Assembly: GCA_030654195.1 (NCBI GenBank)
Contig: JAURXV010000037.1
Span: 1 to 61,517, forward strand
DNA from: Syntrophales bacterium
GTDB lineage: Bacteria; Desulfobacterota; Syntrophia; Syntrophales; UBA5619
DNA length: 61,517 bases
Reading direction: 5' to 3'
Shown: positions 30,293-39,132 of the stretch, piece after piece
Layout of the letters: each line of letters starts with the position of its first letter
Numbering within the stretch: the stretch's first letter is position 1
Program-made: the position numbers and the translations under genes
The notes under the pieces: model-generated
The model's input: the letters and a program-made list of their open reading frames with translations, nothing else
Database searches by the model: none
What the model was told of the DNA's origin: nothing

Positions 30293-30405
30293 ACGCGGAG
30301 CAGCTTTACGAGATGCTTCGGAAGGTCCAGGAGCCGAAGGGTTATTTCTTCAATCGGGAGCGTGAAAAGGTCTTTGACCTTCTGGATGGCCTTCTCTTGA
30401 GGTGA
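30289..30405 (+). pseudogene. Truncated ferredoxin:thioredoxin/glutaredoxin reductase catalytic-subunit-like gene (38 codons)
   Basis: ATGA overlap with the redoxin; MNAEQLYEMLRKVQEPKGYFFNREREKVFDLLDGLLLR*; stops before the CPC/CXC ligands; absent from the ORF track. Confidence 0.6.
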
Positions 30406-30410
30406 TCGAA

Positions 30411-31994
30411 ATGACGCTGAACTGGGATTTTCCATACCCCTCTCAGAGGATGCCGGTTTTCGCCCGGAATGTCGTGGCCACCTCGCAGCCGCTCGCCTCT
30501 CAGGCAGGACTGCAGATGCTGGTGCGGGGAGGAAATGCGGTCGATGCGGCCCTGGCCGCGGCGATCACGCTCACCGTTGTGGAACCGACGAGCAACGGGG
30601 TGGGCAGCGACGCCTTCGCCATGGTCTGGGACGGAAAAGAACTCCACGGGTTGAACGGCTCGGGCCGTTCGCCGCGGGCCTGGTCGCCGGAACGATTCAC
30701 AGGCCGATCGAGTATGCCTAAGCTCGGCTGGGATACGGTCACCATCCCCGGCGCTGTCGATATGTGGTCCACACTCTCCCGGAGGTTTGGCAAGCTCCCC
30801 TTCCCCGACCTCTTCGATCCGGCCATCCGCTATGCCTCGCAGGGTTTTGTCGTTGCACCGATCACGGCGGCGAAATGGTCTGAAACCCCGGATCTCTACC
30901 GTGATCTTCCCGATTTCGCCGCTGCCTTCCTCCCCGGCGGTCGCGCTCCGCTGCCCGGCGAGCTGTTCCGGCCTCCGGGTCAGGCCGAGACGCTGAAAAG
31001 TATCGCAGAAACCCAGGGAGAATCCTTCTACCGCGGAGAATTGGCTTCGCGGATCGTCTCCTGTTCTCGAAATGCCGGCGGCTGCCTGACCGAGGAGGAT
31101 CTGGCGTCACATCGAACAGAATGGGTGAAGCCCCTCTCCATGACCTGGAACGGCGTCACGCTGCATGAACTGCCGCCGAACGGTCAGGGAATGGCCGTCC
31201 TCATCGCCCTCGGAATACTGAAGCACCTCCCCATCGATCTTTATCCGGTCGATTCTCCGGAGAGCCTCCATCTCCAGATCGAGGCAATGAAATGGGCGTT
31301 TGACGCAGCGCAGCGCCATATCGCCGACCCCGCCTGGATGACGGTTGAACCCTCCTCGCTTCTGGATGAAACCCGCCTGAAAGGGATCGCCGAAGGAATC
31401 CGGATGGACCGGGCTTCTCTTCCAACCGCAGCGATCCCGCATGACGGCGGAACGGTCTATCTGACGGCGGCCGATGAACAGGGGTGGATGGTCTCTTACA
31501 TCCAGTCCAATTACAAGGGTTTCGGATCGGGGATCGTTATCCCGGGCGCCGGGATCAGCCTGCAGAACCGTGGCGCAGGGTTTACATTGGAAGCGGGGCA
31601 TCCGAACCGGGTCGCCGGCGGAAAGCGGCCCTACCACACCATCATTCCCGGTTTTGTGATGAAGGGGGGGGCGCCGCTGATGAGTTTCGGCGTGATGGGC
31701 GCCCACATGCAGGCGCAGGGTCACCTCCAGATGATGGTCCGGATCTTCGCCGGCCATCAGAACCCGCAGACGGCGGCAGACGCGCCGCGCTGGTATCTCG
31801 ACGAGGATTCCCGTCTCTCCCTGGAGCCGGGCTTCGGACCTGAGATCCGTGAAGGGCTGAAGAAGCGGGGGCATCTGCTGACGGGTGGGGCGCCGACCTC
31901 CGTCTACGGCGGCGCTCAGCTCATCTATCGCCTTTCCGATGGCTATTGCGCCGCATCGGATCCGCGGAAAGATGGTCAGGCCGTTGGTTATTAA
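30411..31994 (+). CDS. ggt: Gamma-glutamyltransferase family protein (cytoplasmic YwrD/HpxW-like)
   Basis: GGNAVDAA, ELPPNGQG, nucleophile Thr in GGTVYL, QNRG.GF, RPYHTIIPG, SDPRKDG; no signal peptide. Confidence 0.88.
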   Translation: MTLNWDFPYPSQRMPVFARNVVATSQPLASQAGLQMLVRGGNAVDAALAAAITLTVVEPTSNGVGSDAFAMVWDGKELHGLNGSGRSPRAWSPERFTGRSSMPKLGWDTVTIPGAVDMWSTLSRRFGKLPFPDLFDPAIRYASQGFVVAPITAAKWSETPDLYRDLPDFAAAFLPGGRAPLPGELFRPPGQAETLKSIAETQGESFYRGELASRIVSCSRNAGGCLTEEDLASHRTEWVKPLSMTWNGVTLHELPPNGQGMAVLIALGILKHLPIDLYPVDSPESLHLQIEAMKWAFDAAQRHIADPAWMTVEPSSLLDETRLKGIAEGIRMDRASLPTAAIPHDGGTVYLTAADEQGWMVSYIQSNYKGFGSGIVIPGAGISLQNRGAGFTLEAGHPNRVAGGKRPYHTIIPGFVMKGGAPLMSFGVMGAHMQAQGHLQMMVRIFAGHQNPQTAADAPRWYLDEDSRLSLEPGFGPEIREGLKKRGHLLTGGAPTSVYGGAQLIYRLSDGYCAASDPRKDGQAVGY

Positions 31995-31997
31995 TGA

Positions 31998-32026
31998 TTG
32001 ACAAGCCTTACAGGAATACCTATCTT
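31998..32026 (+). promoter_or_regulatory. Putative sigma-70 promoter
   Basis: TTGACA (31998-32003), 17 bp spacer, TATCTT (32021-32026). Confidence 0.55.
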
Positions 32027-32061
32027 ACACCCACGTCGAATTCCCAAAGGAGACCCGTGCG

Positions 32062-32346
32062 TTGAATAATCTTTATAAATGCAGGAAAGTTGGCATTTTT
32101 ATTGAGGAAATATGCCAGGATGCCACATGTGAATGGCGTTTGAAGAATGAGGCATTTCTCAACTGTACCTGGGTCGCTTGCAATTACGGACCGTTCACCC
32201 TGGAAGAAGTTGGCGAAATGATGGGTGTAACACGCGAGCGAATCAGACAGATTGAAGCGAAAGCCCTTAAGAAATTGCAGCACAAAAAACGGAGGGACCA
32301 GCTCCGCGATTTCGCGTCGCCGGACAACGAATGGGATACGATCTGA
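32062..32346 (+). CDS. Small sigma-70 region 4 HTH protein with Cys-rich N-terminus
   Basis: [27 protein letters not shown] matches RpoD region 4.2; five Cys in the first 40 aa; AAGGAG RBS with TTG start. Confidence 0.8.
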   Translation: MNNLYKCRKVGIFIEEICQDATCEWRLKNEAFLNCTWVACNYGPFTLEEVGEMMGVTRERIRQIEAKALKKLQHKKRRDQLRDFASPDNEWDTI

Positions 32347-32366
32347 GCGTGGAATGATACGCCCCG

Positions 32367-33140
32367 TTACGACGATTTACGTTTACGGTTTTTCAAGGTT
32401 TCCATAAATTCATTCATTTGCTCCTTTCTTTCCGTACCGGAAAAAAGAAGCGCCTCAACATCGCATTCAAGATCAAGGGCTGAACCCTTATCCAGACGAG
32501 GGGCGATGTCGGAGATCTTCTTGACGGCCGCGATCGCTTCGGGTGACCGCCTCGCCAGTTCACGGGCAATGGATTCCGTCTCCGTCATCAATTTTTCCGG
32601 GGCCACCACCTTGTTCACGAGACCGATCCGCATGGCCTCCTTGGCGCCGATCGGCTCCCCAAGCATGGTGAGTTCCTTCGCCTTCGCCATACCGACCCAC
32701 TGCCGCAGCGGATCGAAGAGGGGGTTGATTCCAAACTTCAACTCCGGATGACCGAAGATGGCGCTTTCCGAGGCGATGATCATATCGCAGACGGTCGCAA
32801 GATTGAATCCACCGCCCAAGGCCAACCCTCCCACAGCCGCAATGACAGGCTTTTTACATCCATAGATTTTCTTCAGATACCGGGCGATGGAACGAAAGTA
32901 AACTCGGATTTCCGTATCGGAAATAGACGACATCTCCTTGAGGTCCATCCCCGCCGAGAAAACGTAATCGCCCCCGGTCAGAATGATGACGCGAACCTCC
33001 GCGTCCTCTTCCAACTGAAAAAAACAATCCTCCAATTCCGCTCGCATCTCACGGGAAATGGCATTCAGTTCGCCGGGACGGTGCAATGTTACAACGGTAT
33101 AGCCGGCTTTCCTTTCGACCAGAATCGTTTGAAACATCAT
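32367..33140 (-). CDS. Enoyl-CoA hydratase/isomerase (crotonase) family protein
   Basis: LNAI, FSAGMDL, KPVIAAV.G.ALGGG, PELKFG. Confidence 0.85.
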   Translation of the reverse strand: MMFQTILVERKAGYTVVTLHRPGELNAISREMRAELEDCFFQLEEDAEVRVIILTGGDYVFSAGMDLKEMSSISDTEIRVYFRSIARYLKKIYGCKKPVIAAVGGLALGGGFNLATVCDMIIASESAIFGHPELKFGINPLFDPLRQWVGMAKAKELTMLGEPIGAKEAMRIGLVNKVVAPEKLMTETESIARELARRSPEAIAAVKKISDIAPRLDKGSALDLECDVEALLFSGTERKEQMNEFMETLKNRKRKSS

Positions 33141-33224
33141 GGCAAAATCCTGACGGATGGGTTCCCCGTGCCGATCCCCGGTTTGGATAGGGGACACCTT
33201 GCCGCAAGGTGTCCCCTTACGCTT

Positions 33225-34112
33225 CTATTGAAGCAGATATTGCGCTCCGCGCGACTCCGCCGCCTTCCCCTTGATTTCTTCAACGACGGCGGATGTCACA
33301 CTGCCCATCAGATATTTCAAGAGGGTTGTCTTTTTCTTCATTCCATGCACGATTTCAGGGCTTCCCTCCATGCCCGACAGCTTGCCGGCAAGCAGAACGG
33401 CATCCTGAAGACCGCCCAAGTCATCGACCAATCCCAAATCCCTCGCCTGTCTCCCTGAAAAAATTCTTCCATCGGCTAATTCAAAGATTCTTTGCAACGG
33501 GAGCTTTCGGTTCTCGGCGATGGTTCGTACAAACTGATCGTAGATATCGTCCACAATGGCCTGGATCAGTGACCTCTCTTCCGCCGTCATCTCTCGGGCG
33601 GGAGAACCGATATCCTTGAATTTTCCGCTTTTGACGACGGAAGAACGGACGCCAACCTTCTTCATAAGCTCTTCGACGTTGGCATAATGCATGACGGCAG
33701 AGATGCTTCCGGTGATGCTCCCCGGGTTTGCAACGATCCGGTCCGCGGCAACGGCGATCAGGTATCCGCCGGATGCCGCTACAGAACCCATCGAGGCCAC
33801 GACCTTCTTCTTTTTCCTCAGCTCGCGAACCGCCTGGTAGATCTCCTGCGAGGGGACCACCCCGCCGCCGGGAGAATCGATTCTCAGGACAACAGCCCTG
33901 ATTCCTCGATCGTCGGCAAACGCGTTGATCTGCTCAATCAGCTCCTCCGAATCGCCAATGATTCCCTCGATCGGGATGATTCCGACCTTCTCCCGCAGGC
34001 TAAACGGCCGCCCCGCCCCGCCCAACAGGCCCAAGCCGTACATCGCGATGATAGCTACAAACCCGATGAACACCAACAACGTGATCCCCAATATGACCGG
34101 GTGTCTTCTCAT
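33225..34112 (-). CDS. sppA: Signal peptide peptidase, 36K type (S49)
   Basis: RIDSPGG, SMGSVAASGGY, KSGKFKD, DGRIFSG. Confidence 0.92.
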   Translation of the reverse strand: MRRHPVILGITLLVFIGFVAIIAMYGLGLLGGAGRPFSLREKVGIIPIEGIIGDSEELIEQINAFADDRGIRAVVLRIDSPGGGVVPSQEIYQAVRELRKKKKVVASMGSVAASGGYLIAVAADRIVANPGSITGSISAVMHYANVEELMKKVGVRSSVVKSGKFKDIGSPAREMTAEERSLIQAIVDDIYDQFVRTIAENRKLPLQRIFELADGRIFSGRQARDLGLVDDLGGLQDAVLLAGKLSGMEGSPEIVHGMKKKTTLLKYLMGSVTSAVVEEIKGKAAESRGAQYLLQ

Positions 34113-34121
34113 ACGATGATC

Positions 34122-35900
34122 TTAACCGATCTCTCTTTCCGTATCGACGATCTTGACGTCCGCCAAGGCCTGGCTCAGGTTCGAACCGATATTTTCCCTA
34201 TTGTTGATATATTGATTGACGGTGTGTCCTTCCGTACCCGCCTCGAAATCCTTGATGCTCAACCGGATTTTCCGGCTCTTTGGATCAACGTTCTTGACGA
34301 TGGCGGATACCGAATCCCCGACGGCAAACAATTCGGAAGAAGATTTGACCCGCCGCGAACTCAATTCGGAGATGTGCACAAGGCCCTCGATGCCCTCTTC
34401 GATTTCAACAAAGATTCCGAAATCAGTAATGTTGGTTACTTTTCCGGAAACGATCGATCCGGCCGGATATTTCACACTCAACTCTTCCCAGGGATTCTTT
34501 TCAATCTGTTTGAGTCCCAGCGAAAACTTCTCATGTTCAACGTCAATGTTCAGCACCATAGCCTCGATGGTCTGACCCTTTTTGAACATCTCGGAAGGAT
34601 GCTTCACCCGTTGCTTCCAGGAAATGTCGGACATGTGGATCAGGCCATCGATCCCCTCTTCGACTCCGACAAAAATTCCGAAATTGGTGACGTTGCGGAT
34701 GACCCCCGTGATGACGCTTCCCTCGGGATATTTTTGCTTCAGCGTCTCCCAGGGATTGGCGGTGGTCTGCTTCAGGCCCAGGGAGATCCTTTTGGTCTCG
34801 GTGTTGATATCCAGAATCATCACCGGGATACGCTGGCCTACCGACAATACCTTGGAGGGGTGCTTGATTTCCCGAGTCCAGAACATCTCCGACACATGGA
34901 TCAATCCTTCGACCCCGGGTTCAAGCTCAACAAAAACGCCATAGTCCGTAAGATTGACAACCAGCCCTTCGATGAGGGAATGGATGGGGAATTTATCCTT
35001 GATCGTCTCCCAGGGATTTTCAGCCAACTGCTTGAGACCCAAGGCCACCCGCTCCTTCTCCCGATCAAAGGAGAGCACCTTGACACGAATCTTCTCTCCC
35101 TTGGAGAAATGATCGGAGGGGCGTGTGATTCGGCCCCAGGAAATGTCCGTCACATGAAGCAAACCGTCGATGCCGCCCAGGTCGATGAAGAGACCATAGT
35201 CGGTGATGTTCTTGATCACCCCCTCGACAATCTTCCCCTCTTCAATATTCTGGAGCGTTTCCATCTTTTCGGCCTCCCGATCCTTTTCCAGGATTGTTCG
35301 GCGCGACAGGACCACATTGTTTCGTTTCCGATCATACTTCAAAATATTGAACTCAAAGGACTGACCGACATAGCGGTCGAGGTCTCGAACCGGGCGGATA
35401 TCCACCTGGGACCCGGGTAGAAAAGCGGGAATGCCGATATCCACGGAAAGCCCCCCCTTCACCCTTTCAATGACCGTTCCCTTGACGGGGGTATTCTGCT
35501 CACAGGCGAGCTTCACATCATCCCAAATCTTGATTTTGGCGGCTTTGTCGCGTGAAAGGACAAGGTTTCCATCCTGATCCCGTCGATCGACAAGAACCTC
35601 GATCTCATCCCCGACGTTAAGGGCGATATTACCCTGATCATCGCGCAGTTCCCTTGCCGGAATATATCCTTCCGTCTTCCATCCGACATCGACCATGACG
35701 GTGTCCGCGTTGATCTGCACCACCTTGCCGGTTAAAACGCCGCCCATTTGAACGGATTGCAGGCTCTGTTCGTAAAGCTCCTTGAATTCGGAACTCTCTT
35801 CCTGGCCCTGGGAAGAATCGCCGGGGATCTCCCCTTTCGTTTCTTCTCCTGTTTCCTTGCCTGCTTCCTGATTTGAGATTAAGTTATCATCGTTACCCAT
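34122..35900 (-). CDS. rpsA: 30S ribosomal protein S1
   Basis: Six S1 repeats (AFLPGSQ, TDYG.F, DGLLH.TD, LGLKQ); cmk-rpsA-sppA order. Confidence 0.97.
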   Translation of the reverse strand: MGNDDNLISNQEAGKETGEETKGEIPGDSSQGQEESSEFKELYEQSLQSVQMGGVLTGKVVQINADTVMVDVGWKTEGYIPARELRDDQGNIALNVGDEIEVLVDRRDQDGNLVLSRDKAAKIKIWDDVKLACEQNTPVKGTVIERVKGGLSVDIGIPAFLPGSQVDIRPVRDLDRYVGQSFEFNILKYDRKRNNVVLSRRTILEKDREAEKMETLQNIEEGKIVEGVIKNITDYGLFIDLGGIDGLLHVTDISWGRITRPSDHFSKGEKIRVKVLSFDREKERVALGLKQLAENPWETIKDKFPIHSLIEGLVVNLTDYGVFVELEPGVEGLIHVSEMFWTREIKHPSKVLSVGQRIPVMILDINTETKRISLGLKQTTANPWETLKQKYPEGSVITGVIRNVTNFGIFVGVEEGIDGLIHMSDISWKQRVKHPSEMFKKGQTIEAMVLNIDVEHEKFSLGLKQIEKNPWEELSVKYPAGSIVSGKVTNITDFGIFVEIEEGIEGLVHISELSSRRVKSSSELFAVGDSVSAIVKNVDPKSRKIRLSIKDFEAGTEGHTVNQYINNRENIGSNLSQALADVKIVDTEREIG

Positions 35901-36020
35901 TCAACCCATACCCCCTGAAAGATTTTGGTTTTATAAACTGATGTTTCATAACATACCGATTATAAAATATCAAGCGAATTCAGGTAAAAAACAGTGATCT
36001 TGGCATCATTCTGAAAAGGG

Positions 36021-36698
36021 TTACACAAGCGGGTAGCGCCTTTCGATCACGGCGATCATGATCTCTACCACTTGAGATACGGATTTGTCAGAGGAATCGA
36101 TTACAACGGCATCCGTGGGTACGGCAAGAGGGGCAACGGCGCGCTCACGGTCCTGACGGTCACGGCAGATCAGGTCGTTTTCAATATCCTTCAGAATGAC
36201 CGGTTGCCCCTTTTCAACCAGTTCAAGATATCGCCGGTTCGCCCTCTCCCCAACCGATGCATCCAGAAAGAATTTGATCTCGGCCTGTGGAAAAACGACG
36301 GTCCCCATATCGCGGCCTTCTGCAACAACACCTCCGACCGCGGCCATCTCCCGCTGGACAGGAAGGAGGTGCTTCCGAAGCAGCGGAATCGCGGAAATTT
36401 TCGAGGCGAGCAGACCGATTTCCTCGGTTCGGATCTTTTCCGACACATCTTCGCCATCGATGAGAACACGGAATCTTCCCGCCTCATTTTTCAATGAGAC
36501 CTTCTTCTTCCGGCATATGTCGGAAATCCTCTGCTCCGTACCGTCCCAGCCCTCGCATTTCAGTCGGTACGCGAACGCCCGGTAAAGGGCGCCGGTATCC
36601 AGATAAAAGAAAGAGAGGCGGGACGCGAGGAGTTTGCTGATCGTACTTTTGCCGGCGCCGGCCGGACCGTCAATCGTGACGACGGGACGTCTATTCAT
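36021..36698 (-). CDS. cmk: Cytidylate kinase
   Basis: IDGPAGAGKST, LDTGALYR, EGRDMGTVVFP. Confidence 0.95.
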   Translation of the reverse strand: MNRRPVVTIDGPAGAGKSTISKLLASRLSFFYLDTGALYRAFAYRLKCEGWDGTEQRISDICRKKKVSLKNEAGRFRVLIDGEDVSEKIRTEEIGLLASKISAIPLLRKHLLPVQREMAAVGGVVAEGRDMGTVVFPQAEIKFFLDASVGERANRRYLELVEKGQPVILKDIENDLICRDRQDRERAVAPLAVPTDAVVIDSSDKSVSQVVEIMIAVIERRYPLV

Positions 36699-36743
36699 GG
36701 GGCCACTTTCCTCTGTGAACTCATTATTATCATGATTCGCTCA

Positions 36744-37301
36744 TCATCGCCGTCTCCCGTTGGCTTCCATCCGGTGCCGGCGGATTTTCTCTTCGAAAGG
36801 GCCGCCTTCGCGCCACATGTAGCAACTGTTCCGAAGAATGGAACCGTCCGTTTTGGGCAGCGGCGGGGTTTTCCCTTCCCGTACACGGCTGACCAGGGTC
36901 CACAACCCTTGAACCGCAGCGGAGCTCATCGCCAGAAGCAGATTGGTCAGGTGAAGGCATCCTTCGGCTTTGCCCAAAAGATCCCTGACCTCATTCGTGA
37001 ATCCGGGTCTGATGAAACGACCGGTGAGTTGTTGCATCCTCTGCTGGATTTCACGACAGCCGGCATCCGGCACAACCGGCATCTCCGTTTTCAGCGAAAG
37101 GATCTCCATACGGGGAAGGGAAAGTTCCATGGTCAGGCCGACATGATGCATCGGTCCCGCCTCGCGTAGTTCATTCACTGCATGAATCATGAAGGGAAAG
37201 AGCCTCTCGTCGAGTAAACTGCCTTCAACGATCAGCCGGTCCTCGTCCGTTTCGTAGCAATTCACCGTAATTTTTCTGGTGTGAATCAGCTCCTTTTTCA
37301 A
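36744..37301 (-). CDS. DUF2889-like hypothetical protein
   Basis: HTRKI, VEG.L.D, HH, GC.HLT.LL, NSCY.W. Confidence 0.65.
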   Translation of the reverse strand: MKKELIHTRKITVNCYETDEDRLIVEGSLLDERLFPFMIHAVNELREAGPMHHVGLTMELSLPRMEILSLKTEMPVVPDAGCREIQQRMQQLTGRFIRPGFTNEVRDLLGKAEGCLHLTNLLLAMSSAAVQGLWTLVSRVREGKTPPLPKTDGSILRNSCYMWREGGPFEEKIRRHRMEANGRRR

Positions 37302-37357
37302 TGCTCCGCCCCCATTTTTTTCGGGTCTATACCATACACAACCCTATCCCACAAGCT

Positions 37358-37549
37358 TGATGCTCTCGTCAAAAGTCCCCAATACGGTCATACCGGCGAA
37401 AGCCGGTATCCAGAAATGTAGGATGCGTTAGGCGGAAGCCGTAACGCACCAATAAAAGGAGCAATGCGTCAAGACGCACCCTACACCTGGATTCCGTGTC
37501 AAGCACGGAATGACAAAGGAGGCAAATGACGATTTCTTACGAGGTCGTC
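37358..37549. repeat. Nested REP-like palindromic elements
   Basis: Middle pair GTCATACCGGCGAAAGCCGGTATCCAG (37387-37413) and CTGGATTCCGTGTCAAGCACGGAATGAC (37487-37514); inner GTAGGATGCG...CGCACCCTAC (37418-37484); imperfect outer pair at 37358-37377 and 37528-37549. Confidence 0.7.
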
Positions 37550-37626
37550 TTGATTGCATCGCGAAAAAAGGGTAGGATGCCATTGTGGCAGTAAAATAGT
37601 TTCAAGGAGAGGTTCAAAGCGATCCA

Positions 37627-39024
37627 TTGATGTTGCATAAAAATCATACGGCCCACAAATGGGTTCTGCTTTTTTTCTTGCTCTGGCTGCTTGCGGGCAG
37701 CATGCCGCGAACGGCCCTGGCTTCCTTCACACTCGAAGATGAAAAAAAACTGGGAAAGGAATTCTACGATAAACTTGAGAAGGGCCATTTTATTCTGCAG
37801 AATGAACGGTCGAACACCTTCCTGACCCTTTTGGGCGAGCGGATACTCGCGCACAGCGACAAGGCTCCTTTCGCGTTCAAATTTTCAATCATCCGGAGCT
37901 CAGCAATCAACGCGTTTGCCACACCGGGGGGATATGTTTACGTTAACCAGGGCCTGATCAACCTTGTTGAAAATGAGGGCGAACTTGCCGGGGTTCTCGC
38001 GCATGAAATCGCCCATGTCAACGGCCGGCATATCGCGGAAATCGTAGACAAGTCCCAGAAAATCAACATCTCGACGCTGGCAGCCGTCCTTGCCGGCGCG
38101 TTTCTGGGAGGCGGAGGGGAACTGACTGCGGCGGTAACCAGTTTTTCCGTTGCCGCGGCGACATCCCTTTCTCTGAAGTACAGCCGCGAACATGAGGAAT
38201 CGGCCGACCGGATGGGTCTCACCTATCTCGCTGCCGCCGGCTATGACGGCAAATCCATGCTCGCTTTTCTGAAGATCATGAAACGTTATGAGTATTACTC
38301 CAATACCATCCCCTCCTATTTTTTGACCCATCCCGGAACCGATGAGAGGAGCCATTACATCGACGCCCTGCTCCAGACCACACACCGCCAGGGGGGGGCG
38401 GATCAGATCATCGGGGGTTTGCGGCGGATACAGACCATTCTGCTTCTTGACGGAAAGCCGCCCGATGCCAATATTCACCATTTTCTGAAGGCGCTGAAGG
38501 ATCATCCGGATGATACGGATGCCCTGTATGGTCTGGCGATAACCGAGGACAAATTGGGAATGGTCACGGAGTCTCTCGAACATTTCCGGAAAGCCGTCCG
38601 CCTTGCCCCGGATGACCCGGATATTCTTCGGGATCTGGGAATCACCTTGTTCAAGCTTGGACAATTCGATGAAGCCCAGAAGAATCTTCGCCGCGCAACC
38701 GAACTCCAGGGCAACGACCTGAATTCAAACCTTTACCTCGGGAAGACCCTATTGGCCCAGGGTGATATGCCAAACGCGCTCCGCCTGTTCAAGAAGTTGG
38801 AGGAACGACGTCCGGATGATCCGGAAATCTACTACAACCTGGCTACGGTTTACGGGAAGACAGGAGGGGTCGGCGATTCACATTACTATTTCGGTCTCTA
38901 TTTCAAGAAAAAGGGAAAGGTGGACAGTGCCCTCTTTCACTTCAAGGCAGCCCTGAAGGAATTTTCCCAGAATCGTCCGAAAGCCAAAGAGATTAAGAAG
39001 GAAATCGATTCACTGATGCGTTGA
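37627..39024 (+). CDS. M48 family Zn metalloprotease with TPR repeats (BepA/YfgC-like)
   Basis: Signal peptide, INAFATPGG, HEIAH, YSREHE..AD, LTHP, C-terminal TPRs. Confidence 0.88.
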   Translation: MMLHKNHTAHKWVLLFFLLWLLAGSMPRTALASFTLEDEKKLGKEFYDKLEKGHFILQNERSNTFLTLLGERILAHSDKAPFAFKFSIIRSSAINAFATPGGYVYVNQGLINLVENEGELAGVLAHEIAHVNGRHIAEIVDKSQKINISTLAAVLAGAFLGGGGELTAAVTSFSVAAATSLSLKYSREHEESADRMGLTYLAAAGYDGKSMLAFLKIMKRYEYYSNTIPSYFLTHPGTDERSHYIDALLQTTHRQGGADQIIGGLRRIQTILLLDGKPPDANIHHFLKALKDHPDDTDALYGLAITEDKLGMVTESLEHFRKAVRLAPDDPDILRDLGITLFKLGQFDEAQKNLRRATELQGNDLNSNLYLGKTLLAQGDMPNALRLFKKLEERRPDDPEIYYNLATVYGKTGGVGDSHYYFGLYFKKKGKVDSALFHFKAALKEFSQNRPKAKEIKKEIDSLMR

Positions 39025-39132
39025 TCTTCTTGCAGAACCTGTGCCTGACAAATAACGCCGTTTCCCAACTGACGTCCGACCTCGGCAATCTGTGCGATGC
39101 ATGGCGCCCTGTCTGAGCGCGGGGGCGGGCGA

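Noticed and set aside
33687-35420. Long antisense ORFs (577 aa here; also 5771-6967, 18646-19962, 25482-26951)
   Set aside because: Shadows of well-supported genes on the opposite strand in GC-rich DNA, with no motifs
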